Part shown: in pieces, positions 20,389-29,673 of the stretch
Layout: every line of letters starts with the position of its first letter
Numbering within the stretch: position 1 is the first letter of the stretch
Assembly (NCBI GenBank): GCA_045654225.1
Contig: JAZOMW010000006.1
Location: 17,009 to 81,008 of the forward strand
DNA length: 64,000 nucleotides
Direction of reading: 5' to 3'
From: Christensenellaceae bacterium
GTDB taxonomy: Bacteria; Bacillota; Clostridia; Christensenellales; Borkfalkiaceae
Position numbers and translations under genes: made by a program
Notes under the pieces: model-generated
Told to the model about the DNA's origin: nothing
Database searches by the model: none
The model's input: the letters and a program-made list of their open reading frames with translations, nothing else

Positions 20389-21503
20389 ACACGCAAATAA
20401 ACGAAGCAATAATCAATTTGATTAAAAAGCATAAAATACCGTCGCTAGGCGTAGAAATTACGAAAGAGGGAGACTCCGTTTTTAGCAATTACTACGGCTT
20501 TTACGATGCTTTAAAAACACAGCCGTTAGATAGTAACGCGCTGTATTTTTTATATTCTTTAACAAAGGTAATTACGGCGGTTGCGGGCTATCAATTAGTT
20601 GAAAAGGGGCTTTTGAGCCTTGACGATAAAGTTAGTAAATATATACCCGCTTTTGAAAACTGTTTCGTTATTAAAAACGGCGAAAGGGTAAAGACGGAAA
20701 ATGAAATGACCGTTAAGCATTTGTTTACTATGACTTCGGGCTTAGGATATACTAACGCGCAAGACGAGTACTTTAAACAAGTTATAAAAAACAAAAACTT
20801 AACGACCTTTGAAGTGGTTTCCGCGCTTGCAAAAACTCCGCTTAAATTCGAGCCCGGTTATACTTACGGTTACGGTTTAGGGCATGACGTTTTAGCGTGT
20901 ATTATAGAAGTTATAAGTGGATTAGACTTTAACTCGTATTTAGTAAAAAACATCTTTAAACCGCTTGAAATGAACGATACTTGCGTCGTTAAAAACGGTG
21001 CTTTTAACGAGAGTAAAGTGGCGGAAAACTACGTTTTAAACGATGGAAAATATATTAAAACAAAAAAAATAAATTTATTAAATTATACAAATAATTATCA
21101 AAGCGGTGGCGCGGGAATTATATCAACTTGCAAAGATTTTTCAAAATTTGCAACCGCGCTTTCGCTTGGTGGAACGGCTAAAAACGGCGCAAAAATATTA
21201 AGCGAAAGCGGTGTTAAGGCACTATATACACCGTCTTTAACGGAATTTCAAGCAAAAACGTTTGACGATGGCGGTCAAGGCAAAGGTTACAGTTACGGTT
21301 TAGGCGTTAGAACGAGAATTGAGCCAACGCTTTATACGCCGATAGGCGAGTTTGGCTGGGCGGGCGCAGGTGGTTGTTACACCTTTATTGATACGAGCCG
21401 TAAACTTACGCTTACCGTTGTTACTTCGGTTTTAAACTGGAATCCTACCTATACCGAAGTTTACGAAACTTTAAGAGAATTAACTTATAAACTTTATAAA
21501 TAA
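20385..21503 (+). CDS. Serine hydrolase, beta-lactamase (class C-like) family
   Basis: An S-x-x-K motif in YSLTKVITA. About 370 aa. Overlaps the preceding gene by 4 nt. Confidence 0.75.
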   Translation: MNTQINEAIINLIKKHKIPSLGVEITKEGDSVFSNYYGFYDALKTQPLDSNALYFLYSLTKVITAVAGYQLVEKGLLSLDDKVSKYIPAFENCFVIKNGERVKTENEMTVKHLFTMTSGLGYTNAQDEYFKQVIKNKNLTTFEVVSALAKTPLKFEPGYTYGYGLGHDVLACIIEVISGLDFNSYLVKNIFKPLEMNDTCVVKNGAFNESKVAENYVLNDGKYIKTKKINLLNYTNNYQSGGAGIISTCKDFSKFATALSLGGTAKNGAKILSESGVKALYTPSLTEFQAKTFDDGGQGKGYSYGLGVRTRIEPTLYTPIGEFGWAGAGGCYTFIDTSRKLTLTVVTSVLNWNPTYTEVYETLRELTYKLYK

Positions 21504-21533
21504 AAAAGGAGCGTATCGAACGCTCCTTTTTTT
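21503..21533. terminator. Bidirectional terminator (convergent hydrolase gene and trpB)
   Basis: AAAAA-GGAGCGT-atcg-AACGCTCC-TTTTTTT. Confidence 0.8.
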
Positions 21534-21534
21534 A

Positions 21535-22776
21535 CTACTTGTTGTATTTTTCTAAAAATTGTTTGCCGTTGCCGTATTTTTCATAAACGTAGTCAATATC
21601 TTTATCGCCCCTACCAGAAAGGCAAACTAATATTGAACCCGTGTTATGTTCTTTTGCGTACTTAATTGCATAAGCAACCGCGTGTGAACTTTCAATAGCA
21701 GGAATAATACCTTCGTATCTTGAAAGTAAGAAGAACGCTTCCATTGCTTCTTCATCGGTAGCCGTAACGTAGTTAATTCTACCTTTATCTCTTAAAAACG
21801 CGTGTTCAGGTCCAACGCCAGGGTAGTCAAGACCGCTTGCTATCGAGTAAACCGGTAACGGCTCGCCGTTTTCGTCTTGTAAAAGGTAACTATCAAAGCC
21901 GTGAAGCCTACCTTTCGTGCCAAATTTCATAGTTGCGGCGTGGTCGCCAACGTTTTCGCCCTTGCCAAGCGGTTCAACGCCGTAAATTTCAACTGGGTCC
22001 GCTAAAAACGGAGTGAACATACCAAGTGAGTTCGAGCCACCGCCAACGCAAGCGGTAATAGCGTCTGGCATAATGCCGGTCATTTCTAAAAATTGTTCTC
22101 TTGCCTCAATGCCTATAACTGATTGGAAATCTCTAACCATTTTAGGGAAAGGGTGAGGGCCAAGAGTCGAGCCTATGCAGTAAATTGCGTGGTCGTATTC
22201 TTTAATATAAGCGTCGAAAGCCGCGTCAACGGCTTCTTTAAGCGTTTTTAAACCGTGAGTTACGGGAATAACGTTTGCGCCAAGCATTTCCATACGTATT
22301 ACGTTAGGGTGTTGCTTTGCAATATCAACTTCGCCCATATAAATATCGCACTCTAAACCAAAGTACGCCGCGGCGGTTGCAAGCGCTACGCCGTGTTGAC
22401 CTGCGCCCGTTTCGGCAATAAGTTTCTTTTTGCCCATGTATTTAGCAAGCAAGCCTTCGCCCATGCAGTGATTGAGTTTGTGCGCGCCCGTGTGGTTTAA
22501 ATCTTCACGCTTTAAGTAAATTTGGCAGTTGCCAAAGAGTTTTGAAAGCCTTTCACAGTGATAAACGGGAGTAGGTCTTCCCTGAAACTCTTTTCTAATT
22601 CTTCTAAGTTCGTTAATAAATTGAGCGCTATGGCAAATTGCTTCGTAAGAATTGTCCGCTTCAATAAACGCAGGCACTAATTCTTTTTGAATATACGCTC
22701 CGCCGTACTCGCCAAAATAACCGTCCTTTGACGGAAATTCCTTTAAATAATTTTCAAATTCTTTATATTTATTCAT
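21535..22776 (-). CDS. trpB: Tryptophan synthase beta chain
   Basis: The PLP-lysine motif [16 protein letters not shown], and about 400 aa. RBS AGGAG. Confidence 0.9.
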   Translation of the reverse strand: MNKYKEFENYLKEFPSKDGYFGEYGGAYIQKELVPAFIEADNSYEAICHSAQFINELRRIRKEFQGRPTPVYHCERLSKLFGNCQIYLKREDLNHTGAHKLNHCMGEGLLAKYMGKKKLIAETGAGQHGVALATAAAYFGLECDIYMGEVDIAKQHPNVIRMEMLGANVIPVTHGLKTLKEAVDAAFDAYIKEYDHAIYCIGSTLGPHPFPKMVRDFQSVIGIEAREQFLEMTGIMPDAITACVGGGSNSLGMFTPFLADPVEIYGVEPLGKGENVGDHAATMKFGTKGRLHGFDSYLLQDENGEPLPVYSIASGLDYPGVGPEHAFLRDKGRINYVTATDEEAMEAFFLLSRYEGIIPAIESSHAVAYAIKYAKEHNTGSILVCLSGRGDKDIDYVYEKYGNGKQFLEKYNK

Positions 22777-22893
22777 AATGATACTCCTAAAACTTAATAT
22801 TCGGTTTTAAAAAACCGTAAAAATTCTTGATTTTCATATTAAGTTTCGCCATCGTTTAGTTAATAAAATCATAACGTTACACCTATATTTTAA

Positions 22894-23152
22894 CAAAAAA
22901 AGCCCGTGAACAGTAAGTTCACGGGACGAATATATCGCGGTGCCACCCGAATTGATGCTAAAAAGCATCCACTTTTAGCGCATTTTACGCTTTGCATTTT
23001 TACAAGTGCTACCTTGTCGGCTACTACTAACTTGCGCTTTCGCTCCGCCCTCAACAGTCCATTCATAATGCTTCTTGGTTTTGTTACACCAACCCAAAAC
23101 TCTCTTAAACAAGATTTGCAAAATTACTACTCTGCGTCATCGGTTTATAATT
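22894..23152 (-). promoter_or_regulatory. T-box riboswitch leader, tryptophan (UGG) specifier
   Basis: On the minus strand: stem I AGAGA element; specifier context GAA-UGG-A (UGG is the complement of 23059-23061); T-box sequence UUCGGGUGGCACCGCG (about 22950-22935); terminator CCCGUGAAC-uuacu-GUUCACGGG-C-U7 (22925-22895). Confidence 0.85.
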
Positions 23153-23159
23153 TATAAAA

Positions 23160-23188
23160 ATTATATCACTCAAAATACCCTTTGTCAA
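23160..23188 (-). promoter_or_regulatory. Sigma-A promoter of the T-box leader
   Basis: On the minus strand: TTGACA (23188-23183), 17-nt spacer, TATAAT (23165-23160). Confidence 0.6.
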
Positions 23189-24088
23189 CTATTTTTTAAG
23201 GTATGTTAACGAAAGAACGGCTTTGCCTATATGAAGTAAATTTTCCGTTTGTTTAGTTACGTAAGAATTATTGCCGTCAAATACGTTTTGGCTTGCCATT
23301 GTAGTGTCAACGGGAAGGGAAGATAAAACGATATAATCTTTATTATTATTTTGTAAATCTTCTTCTAAAATCGTTAAATTTTCGTCTTTACTTAAAAAGT
23401 AAATTACGTCGGCATTTTTTAAGGCGGAAAGTTTATCGTCGGTTACCGTAACGTAAGAAAATTGTGATAAATATTCCATTAAACCGGCATTAACCGCGTT
23501 TTTATTGCTAGATAAAAACGTTACGTTTGCGCCAAGTTTAACAAATCCTATTGCAAGCGAATTGTCGCCCTCTACCGAGTTTCCAACTATCGTTACGTTT
23601 AAGTTTTTAAAATCTTTAAAACGCTCGCTAATCGTCATAAGCGCGGAAAGCGCTTCGCAAGGGCTTTCAACCGCTGTTGCGTTAATAACGGGCACGGAAA
23701 CGGTGTCAATAAAAATGTTACTGTCGTTAGTTTTGCTCGTGCAAACCACTACCGCTGAAAGGCCAAATGAAGTTAAGGCTTTAACGTAGTGCTTGTCTTT
23801 AAGTAAATTTTCAAGTTCTTCGCCGTGCATGCTAGTAATAACGGGACTGCCCGAAAGTTCCTTTATTGCAAGTTGAAAAGTTATGCTAGACCTTGGAAGG
23901 TTTGGTTTTGTAATCAATAAAACGTATTTATCTTTTAATAATATTGAATTCTCTTGAACGGAGCGTTTGTTTTTTAATTCGGTTGCGGTGTTTATAATTT
24001 CAATAATATCTTCCGTTGAAACGCCTTGTAAAGTAGTTAAATTATAAAAGTCAACCTTTCCTTTTTTAGCGTAGTTTAAAATATTCAT
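23189..24088 (-). CDS. Aspartate/ornithine carbamoyltransferase-fold protein with degenerate catalytic motifs
   Basis: The scaffold VPVIN...SPCEALSALMTI...IVGNSVEGDNSLAIGF..LGANVTF lines up with the OTCase/ATCase pattern. However STRTR, HPxQ and HCLP read NLPRS, SPCE and SSLP. RBS GAGG and its own TTTACA-17-TATAAT promoter. Confidence 0.7.
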   Translation of the reverse strand: MNILNYAKKGKVDFYNLTTLQGVSTEDIIEIINTATELKNKRSVQENSILLKDKYVLLITKPNLPRSSITFQLAIKELSGSPVITSMHGEELENLLKDKHYVKALTSFGLSAVVVCTSKTNDSNIFIDTVSVPVINATAVESPCEALSALMTISERFKDFKNLNVTIVGNSVEGDNSLAIGFVKLGANVTFLSSNKNAVNAGLMEYLSQFSYVTVTDDKLSALKNADVIYFLSKDENLTILEEDLQNNNKDYIVLSSLPVDTTMASQNVFDGNNSYVTKQTENLLHIGKAVLSLTYLKK

Positions 24089-24232
24089 AAAACCTCGTAA
24101 AAAATTAAAATTTATATTTATAGATTATATAGCATTTTCTTATTTTTGTAAAGTTTTTATAAAAACAACCACGTTTTTTGGTTGATTTTTAGTAAAATTA
24201 TACAAATAACAATAATTTTAAGGTTATAATTT

Positions 24233-24247
24233 GTGCAATATGCACAT
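24233..24247. promoter_or_regulatory. Inverted repeat TGTGCA-ATA-TGCACA immediately downstream of a TATAAT box (candidate operator)
   Basis: Read directly. TATAAT lies at 24226-24231, and the repeat begins 2 nt later. Confidence 0.35.
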
Positions 24248-24309
24248 TGTAAAAGATACGCGCGTGTGATATGATATATAAGTAAAAATTTTGCAAAAGG
24301 AGAATTTAA

Positions 24310-25704
24310 ATGGCAAATTTAAAGTTAGAACACATTTATAAAGTGTATTCATCAGGCGTTCAAGCAGTTACTGACTTTACAATGGATATTGAAGACAAAG
24401 AGTTTATAGTTTTCGTAGGTCCATCTGGTTGCGGTAAGTCAACTACGCTTCGTATGATAGCAGGTCTTGAAGAAATTTCGGACGGTGACCTTTACATTGA
24501 CGGTGTCCGCGTTAATGAAATTCAACCAAAAGATAGAGATATAGCAATGGTTTTCCAAAACTACGCGCTTTATCCACATATGACTGTTTACGATAACATG
24601 GCTTTCGGTCTTAAACTTCGTAAAATGCCTCGTGCTGAAATCGATGCAAGAGTTAAAGAAGCAGCAAGAATTTTAGGTCTTGAAACCTACCTTCAAAGAA
24701 AACCAAAGGCGTTATCAGGCGGTCAACGTCAAAGAGTTGCGCTCGGTAGAGCAATCGTTCGTGAACCAAAAGTATTCCTTTTAGACGAACCACTTTCTAA
24801 CCTTGACGCTAAACTTCGTGCGCAAATGCGTGTTGAAATTACTAAACTTCACCACCGCCTTGCTACAACGTTCATTTACGTTACGCACGACCAAATTGAA
24901 GCAATGACGATGGGTACTAGAATCGTAGTATTAAAAGACGGTCTTATCCAACAAGTTGACGCTCCACAAAAACTTTACGACTATCCTGCAAATATGTTCG
25001 TTGCGGGCTTTATCGGCACTCCAAGAATGAACTTCTTCGATGCAGTTTTAACGGGTACTAAGAGCAAAGTTTACGTTGAATTTGAAGGCGCTAAAATTCT
25101 TTTACCTAAAACTAAGAGCGCTAACATTATCAATCTTGAAGAATACCTTAACACAGGCAAACCTGTCGTATTAGGCGTTCGTCCAGAAGATTTCCACGAC
25201 GATGAATTATTCATTAACAACTCAAAAGACACGGTTATCGAAGTTAAAGTTGACGCCGTTGAAAAATTGGGTGCTGAAACTTTACTTTACTGCGTATTTG
25301 ACGACGGCGCGGGAGAAGTTGTTGAAGAAGGTCAAATTAAATCACTCGTAGAAACAAAAACACCTATGATTGCAAAAGTTGACTCTCGCTCTACAACGGA
25401 AGCAGACCAAACAGTTTCGTTAGGTATTGATATTTTACACTCTCACCTTTTCGATAAGGAAACTGAACTTTCTATTTTAGAAGGCGAAGGCACGAAGGCG
25501 TACGTTCCAGCTCTCGAACTTGAAAGAATTGCTAACGGCACGCAAGAAGATTTAATCAACAGGAACAGAACGTTCTTTGAAAGATTAAAATACAACAAAC
25601 AAAAAAAGGCGAAAGAAAAGGCGGAAGCAGCAGTTAAGGCAGCGGAAGTAGAAGAAGTAGCAGAAGGCGACAACGTTGTTGAAGAACCAACCGTTGAAGA
25701 ATAA
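24310..25704 (+). CDS. Sugar-type ABC transporter ATP-binding protein (MsmX/MalK/UgpC family) with a ~90-aa charged C-terminal extension
   Basis: [23 protein letters not shown] and [11 protein letters not shown]. No permease or binding-protein gene is adjacent. RBS AAAGGAGA. Confidence 0.9.
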   Translation: MANLKLEHIYKVYSSGVQAVTDFTMDIEDKEFIVFVGPSGCGKSTTLRMIAGLEEISDGDLYIDGVRVNEIQPKDRDIAMVFQNYALYPHMTVYDNMAFGLKLRKMPRAEIDARVKEAARILGLETYLQRKPKALSGGQRQRVALGRAIVREPKVFLLDEPLSNLDAKLRAQMRVEITKLHHRLATTFIYVTHDQIEAMTMGTRIVVLKDGLIQQVDAPQKLYDYPANMFVAGFIGTPRMNFFDAVLTGTKSKVYVEFEGAKILLPKTKSANIINLEEYLNTGKPVVLGVRPEDFHDDELFINNSKDTVIEVKVDAVEKLGAETLLYCVFDDGAGEVVEEGQIKSLVETKTPMIAKVDSRSTTEADQTVSLGIDILHSHLFDKETELSILEGEGTKAYVPALELERIANGTQEDLINRNRTFFERLKYNKQKKAKEKAEAAVKAAEVEEVAEGDNVVEEPTVEE

Positions 25705-25718
25705 TTTTACAAATTAAA

Positions 25719-25745
25719 GGCAAGCGTACGGCGCTTGCCTTTTTA
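25719..25745 (+). terminator. Intrinsic terminator
   Basis: GGCAAGCG-tacgg-CGCTTGCC-TTTTT. Confidence 0.8.
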
Positions 25746-25872
25746 TTTGGTTTATAAAGCCGTCTTTTAATTGACAAAAAGCGCGAAAAATGATAGAATA
25801 AATCAAAATTTATTATTTATAATAAAAGTCGGCGTTCAAGCATAAATTAAAACGTGACTTAGTAATTTGAGT

Positions 25873-26589
25873 ATGATGTTAAGTAAAAAAATAAAAAACG
25901 TTCTTATTGATTTAGACGGCACGTTACTTCCTATGAATTTCGACGTTTTTTTAAATGGTTATATAAAATCCGTTTCTAGTAAGGCTAGTAAGATAGGGCT
26001 AACAAAAGAATCTTTTGGAAAAGGTTTATGGGCGGGCATTGTAAAAATGATGCAAAACGACGGAACTAAAACAAATGAAGACGCTTTTTGGAACGCTTTT
26101 TGCTTTGTTACGGGCGTTAATAAAGATATGACGGATTTGATTTTAACCGAGTATTATAATAGCGAGTTTAACGAAGTTAAAAAATATTGTGGCTTTAATA
26201 AAAACGCTAAAATTTTAGTTGATAAGTTAAAGCAAAAAGGTTACAATTTAATACTTGCAACCAACCCCGTTTTTCCTAAAATAGCAACTATAAATAGGCT
26301 TAAATGGGCGGGCGTTAATTATGATGATTTTAGTTACGTTTCAACTTATGAAAACTCTTCGTTTTGCAAGCCGAATTTAAACTACTATTTAGAAATTTTA
26401 AATAAACTCAATTTAAAAGCGGAAGAGTGTTTAATGATAGGTAACGACGTTTTAGACGATATGGTTATATTAAACCTTAATATGCAAGCGTTTTTACTTA
26501 CGGATTGTTTAATAAACAAAAATAATGAAGATATAAATAAATTTAATAATGGAAATTTTGAAGATTTATTCAAATTTTTAAACTTTTAG
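25873..26589 (+). CDS. HAD family hydrolase
   Basis: Motif I LIDLDGTLL (DxDxT) and a late GNDVLDD motif. The start is uncertain (TTG 25867, ATG 25873 or ATG 25876). Confidence 0.7.
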   Translation: MMLSKKIKNVLIDLDGTLLPMNFDVFLNGYIKSVSSKASKIGLTKESFGKGLWAGIVKMMQNDGTKTNEDAFWNAFCFVTGVNKDMTDLILTEYYNSEFNEVKKYCGFNKNAKILVDKLKQKGYNLILATNPVFPKIATINRLKWAGVNYDDFSYVSTYENSSFCKPNLNYYLEILNKLNLKAEECLMIGNDVLDDMVILNLNMQAFLLTDCLINKNNEDINKFNNGNFEDLFKFLNF

Positions 26590-26597
26590 GAGATGTT

Positions 26598-27599
26598 ATG
26601 TGGCAAGTTGTTTTAATAATTTTAATGCTTATAGTAGGCTTAATTTTAATAATTAAAGGTGGCGATTATTTCGTTGACGGTGCAAGTTGGCTTGCGGAAG
26701 TTAGCGGTATTCCAAAGTTTATAGTAGGTGCAACCATAGTTAGTATTGCAACTACTTTACCCGAAATCGTAGTTTCGCTTATATCGGCAAAATCAGAGCC
26801 CGATATGGCTATCGGCAACGCGGTTGGCTCGGTAGTGTTTAACTCGGGCGTAATTATGGCTATTGCTTTAATTTGCGCACCTTTCGTTATAAAGCGAAAA
26901 GACTATGCTTTTAAAGGAATACTTTTAACCGTAGTTATGGCTCTTTTAACCGCCTTTTGTTATATGGGTTTAAATTCTACTCCTATAACGTTTGAAACTA
27001 CTGCAACTTTCGGTTACGTTGGTGCGGTTGTTTTACTTATTTTATTCATAGTATTTATAGTTGAAAACGTGCTTTCCGCTAAAAAGAACGCAAGTTTAGA
27101 TAAAGGCGAAGATAAAATAGTTGCAACTAAGCAAGCGGTAATTTTAAACTTGGTTAAACTTATCGTTGGTGCTGCGGGAATTGCGGGCGGTGCAATATTG
27201 CTTAAAGATAACGCCGTTAAGCTTGCAACGCTTGCAGGTATTTCACAAGCCGTAATAGGCGTTACAATTTTAGCAATAGGAACTTCTCTTCCAGAACTCG
27301 TTACTATGATTATAGCGGTAAAAAAAGGCGAGTCGAGTTTATCTATCGGTAACATTATAGGTGCAAATACAATCGACCTTGCTATAATTTTACCTTTAAG
27401 CGCGTTTATTGCGGGCGGTAGCGGTTTATTCGTTTCAAACATTCACTTGCTTATTACTATGCCTGTAACTTTATTAGTTATTGCAATAGGAATTATTCCA
27501 ACGCTCATTTTTAAAAAGTTTGCAAGGTGGCAAGGGTTTACGATGTTTGCAATTTACTTGGCGTACTTTATTGCAAATATTTTACTAGTAGTTTTATAA
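26598..27599 (+). CDS. Ca2+/Na+ antiporter, CaCA (YrbG-like) family
   Basis: There are two alpha-repeat regions, GATIVSIATTLPE and ILAIGTSLPELV. About 10 TM spans. Confidence 0.85.
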   Translation: MWQVVLIILMLIVGLILIIKGGDYFVDGASWLAEVSGIPKFIVGATIVSIATTLPEIVVSLISAKSEPDMAIGNAVGSVVFNSGVIMAIALICAPFVIKRKDYAFKGILLTVVMALLTAFCYMGLNSTPITFETTATFGYVGAVVLLILFIVFIVENVLSAKKNASLDKGEDKIVATKQAVILNLVKLIVGAAGIAGGAILLKDNAVKLATLAGISQAVIGVTILAIGTSLPELVTMIIAVKKGESSLSIGNIIGANTIDLAIILPLSAFIAGGSGLFVSNIHLLITMPVTLLVIAIGIIPTLIFKKFARWQGFTMFAIYLAYFIANILLVVL

Positions 27600-27620
27600 A
27601 GCCAAATTAAATTTAATTAA

Positions 27621-27653
27621 TATACCTATAATTTTTATAGGTATATTTTTTTT
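27621..27653 (+). terminator. Intrinsic terminator
   Basis: TATACCTATA-attttt-TATAGGTATA-TTTTTTTT. Confidence 0.75.
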
Positions 27654-27686
27654 GCTCTAAAATATTATAGTTTAGGGAGAAATTTT

Positions 27687-28820
27687 ATGGCTAAAAACTA
27701 TAAAAGGGCGCAAGCCGTAATTAGTTTAAAAAACGCAAGATATAATTTTTTAGAAGTGAAAAGTAAATTAAAACCGTCCACTAAAATTTGTTGCGTTGTA
27801 AAGGCGGACGCGTACGGACACGGCGCGGTAAAACTTTCAAAATTATATCAAAGTTTAGGCGCTCACTTTTTTGCAACCGCCACCTTTGAAGAAGCCGTAA
27901 CTTTAAGAAACAACGGTATTACTAAACCTATTTTAATTTTAGGCTATACTTCGCCAACGCTTTCAAAACTTATAGAAAGTTATAATTTAAGCCAAACCGT
28001 TCACTCGAAAGAGTACGCCGAAGTGCTTTTAAGAGTTTGCAAAAAACAAAACGCAAAAATTAAAATTCATTTAAAAATTGATACTGGACTTAATAGAATA
28101 GGTTTCGTTTGCCAAAATAAAGAAACTTCTAATTTAAACGACGCGGTTAAACTATTATTAAACGATAATTTTATTTTAGAAGGTATATACACTCATTTTG
28201 CTTGTAGCGACGATTATAAAAAGGGTAAAAGTTACACCTATAAACAACAGTCTAACTTTTTATTTGCAATAAAATACCTTAAAAGTAAAGGGCTTAACTT
28301 TCAAATTAAACACGCGGGAAATAGCGCGGTAGTGTATAACTATCCAAAATTTTGTTTAGATATGGTAAGAGTTGGTATAGTTTTATACGGAATAAGCCCG
28401 TCTAAATTATTAAAAGAAAAGCCTAAACTTAAAAAAGTTTTAACGCTTAAAACTATAATTGAAAGCGTAAAAACCGTTAAAAAAGGTTGTAGCGTTGGCT
28501 ACGGTTTAGAGTGCATAACTAAAAAAGATATAAAGGTGGCAACTTTGCCCGTTGGTTATGCGGACGGAATTTTGCGCTCGATATATAAAAGCGATTACCG
28601 CGTTTTAGTAAACGGCGTTAAGTGTCCCTTTATAGGTAGGGTAAATATGGATAAATGCACGATAGACGTTACGGGTGTAAACGCAAAGGTTTTTGACGAA
28701 GTTTTAATTTTTGGTAACGATAAAAACTCGAATATAGAAAATTTTGCAAAGAACTGTAAAACTATTCCGTATGAAGTTGCGTGTTTAATTTCTAACAGAG
28801 TAGAAAAATATTACGACTAA
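27687..28820 (+). CDS. alr: Alanine racemase
   Basis: The PLP-lysine motif VVKADAYGHGA, and about 375 aa. RBS GGGAGA. Confidence 0.9.
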   Translation: MAKNYKRAQAVISLKNARYNFLEVKSKLKPSTKICCVVKADAYGHGAVKLSKLYQSLGAHFFATATFEEAVTLRNNGITKPILILGYTSPTLSKLIESYNLSQTVHSKEYAEVLLRVCKKQNAKIKIHLKIDTGLNRIGFVCQNKETSNLNDAVKLLLNDNFILEGIYTHFACSDDYKKGKSYTYKQQSNFLFAIKYLKSKGLNFQIKHAGNSAVVYNYPKFCLDMVRVGIVLYGISPSKLLKEKPKLKKVLTLKTIIESVKTVKKGCSVGYGLECITKKDIKVATLPVGYADGILRSIYKSDYRVLVNGVKCPFIGRVNMDKCTIDVTGVNAKVFDEVLIFGNDKNSNIENFAKNCKTIPYEVACLISNRVEKYYD

Positions 28821-28843
28821 AACGAATAAATTTACAAAAAGTG

Positions 28844-28871
28844 ACACTTTTTTAAATGGTTGCATATATTA
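28844..28871 (+). promoter_or_regulatory. Possible mother-cell (sigma-K-like) promoter: ACAC, 15-17 nt, CATATATTA
   Basis: Matches the remembered B. subtilis sigma-K consensus AC-(16/17)-CATAnnnTA. It is located 27 nt before ATG 28898. Confidence 0.35.
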
Positions 28872-28897
28872 AAATGAACGGTTTAAAGGAGGTTAAA

Positions 28898-29545
28898 ATG
28901 TCATTTTTCTCTAATTGCACTACGGATAAAACACCCGGCCGTATAACGGGCAACCCGCTAAACGGCTTGTGTGAAAAGGTGTGCGTTCAAGCAAAAAAAG
29001 TGTTTGACGCGTGCATGAAACAATCGCAAGAAGACGGTTACGTTATAACCGTTACGGGCTTTACGCCTGCAAATCCTACATATCCGCTTACTTTCGTTAG
29101 CGCAAGAAGTACTCAAACTAAGGCAATTATCACGTCGCTTCAAGTTGACCCTATTCCAGACAAGTCGAATTTAAGTAGAGTACAAATTTCGTACGACGTA
29201 CCTGTTGAGGTGTTATATACCGACGCAAACGGTGTTGCGGGTAAAGGAGTAGGTACGGTTTCACTTTCGCAAGACGTAATATTGTTCGTTCCCGAACCAT
29301 CGATTATGCCTTATGAAGTTGAAGCGGTGGTTTCTATCGTTGCGCCGGAAGGCGTTTATTCAAACAATAACACGTTTACGGTGTCTTGTTGTGCAACTTC
29401 TATCGTTAAGATAGTAATGTTAGTTGAAGTTTTGGTGCCAACTTACGGTTATGCGGTAATGCCTGCGTGCCAAGAATTCACGCAAGAAGTTTGTTCGGGA
29501 TTTTTTGAACTGCCACTTTTCCCTGGCGAAAGTTTCGACCGGTAA
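28898..29545 (+). CDS. Hypothetical protein (215 aa, eight Cys, beta-rich; no family recognised)
   Basis: A strong RBS AAAGGAGG sits 7 nt before ATG 28898. The track ORF start at 28856 lacks an RBS. Confidence 0.55.
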   Translation: MSFFSNCTTDKTPGRITGNPLNGLCEKVCVQAKKVFDACMKQSQEDGYVITVTGFTPANPTYPLTFVSARSTQTKAIITSLQVDPIPDKSNLSRVQISYDVPVEVLYTDANGVAGKGVGTVSLSQDVILFVPEPSIMPYEVEAVVSIVAPEGVYSNNNTFTVSCCATSIVKIVMLVEVLVPTYGYAVMPACQEFTQEVCSGFFELPLFPGESFDR

Positions 29546-29567
29546 ACTTTTTAGCGTTTTTATTAAA

Positions 29568-29595
29568 ATAGCGGAGGTCACTTCGCTATTTTTTG
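29568..29595 (+). terminator. Weak intrinsic terminator
   Basis: ATAGCG-10 nt-CGCTAT-TTTTTT. Confidence 0.5.
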
Positions 29596-29673
29596 TTGCA
29601 ATAAAATATTCATAGTGCTATAATTAAAGCGTAACTTCATTAAGTTAAAAAAATAAATTTTTTTAGGTGTGTT

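Noticed and set aside
22834-22872. A 12-codon minus-strand ORF (MILLTKRWRNLI) with one Trp codon, between the T-box terminator and trpB. I considered it as a possible leader peptide.
   Set aside because: It has a single Trp codon and no overlapping alternative structures. The T-box already provides Trp sensing, so this is most likely chance.
22906-23157. An 83-aa plus-strand ORF between trpB and the carbamoyltransferase-like gene.
   Set aside because: The region is fully explained on the opposite strand by a T-box leader (promoter, specifier, T-box sequence, terminator). The ORF has no RBS.
27014-27442. Long antisense or alternative-frame ORFs inside confident genes. This one lies in the CaCA antiporter gene. 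Others are 4705-5040, 10177-10425, 13266-13517, 17457-17771, 23505-23789, 34710-35024, 44445-44726, 48786-49046, 50298-50561 and 58030-58263.
   Set aside because: Each is nested in a gene with strong family motifs, lacks an RBS and has a low-complexity translation. They are expected by chance in AT-rich genomes with few stop codons in certain frames.
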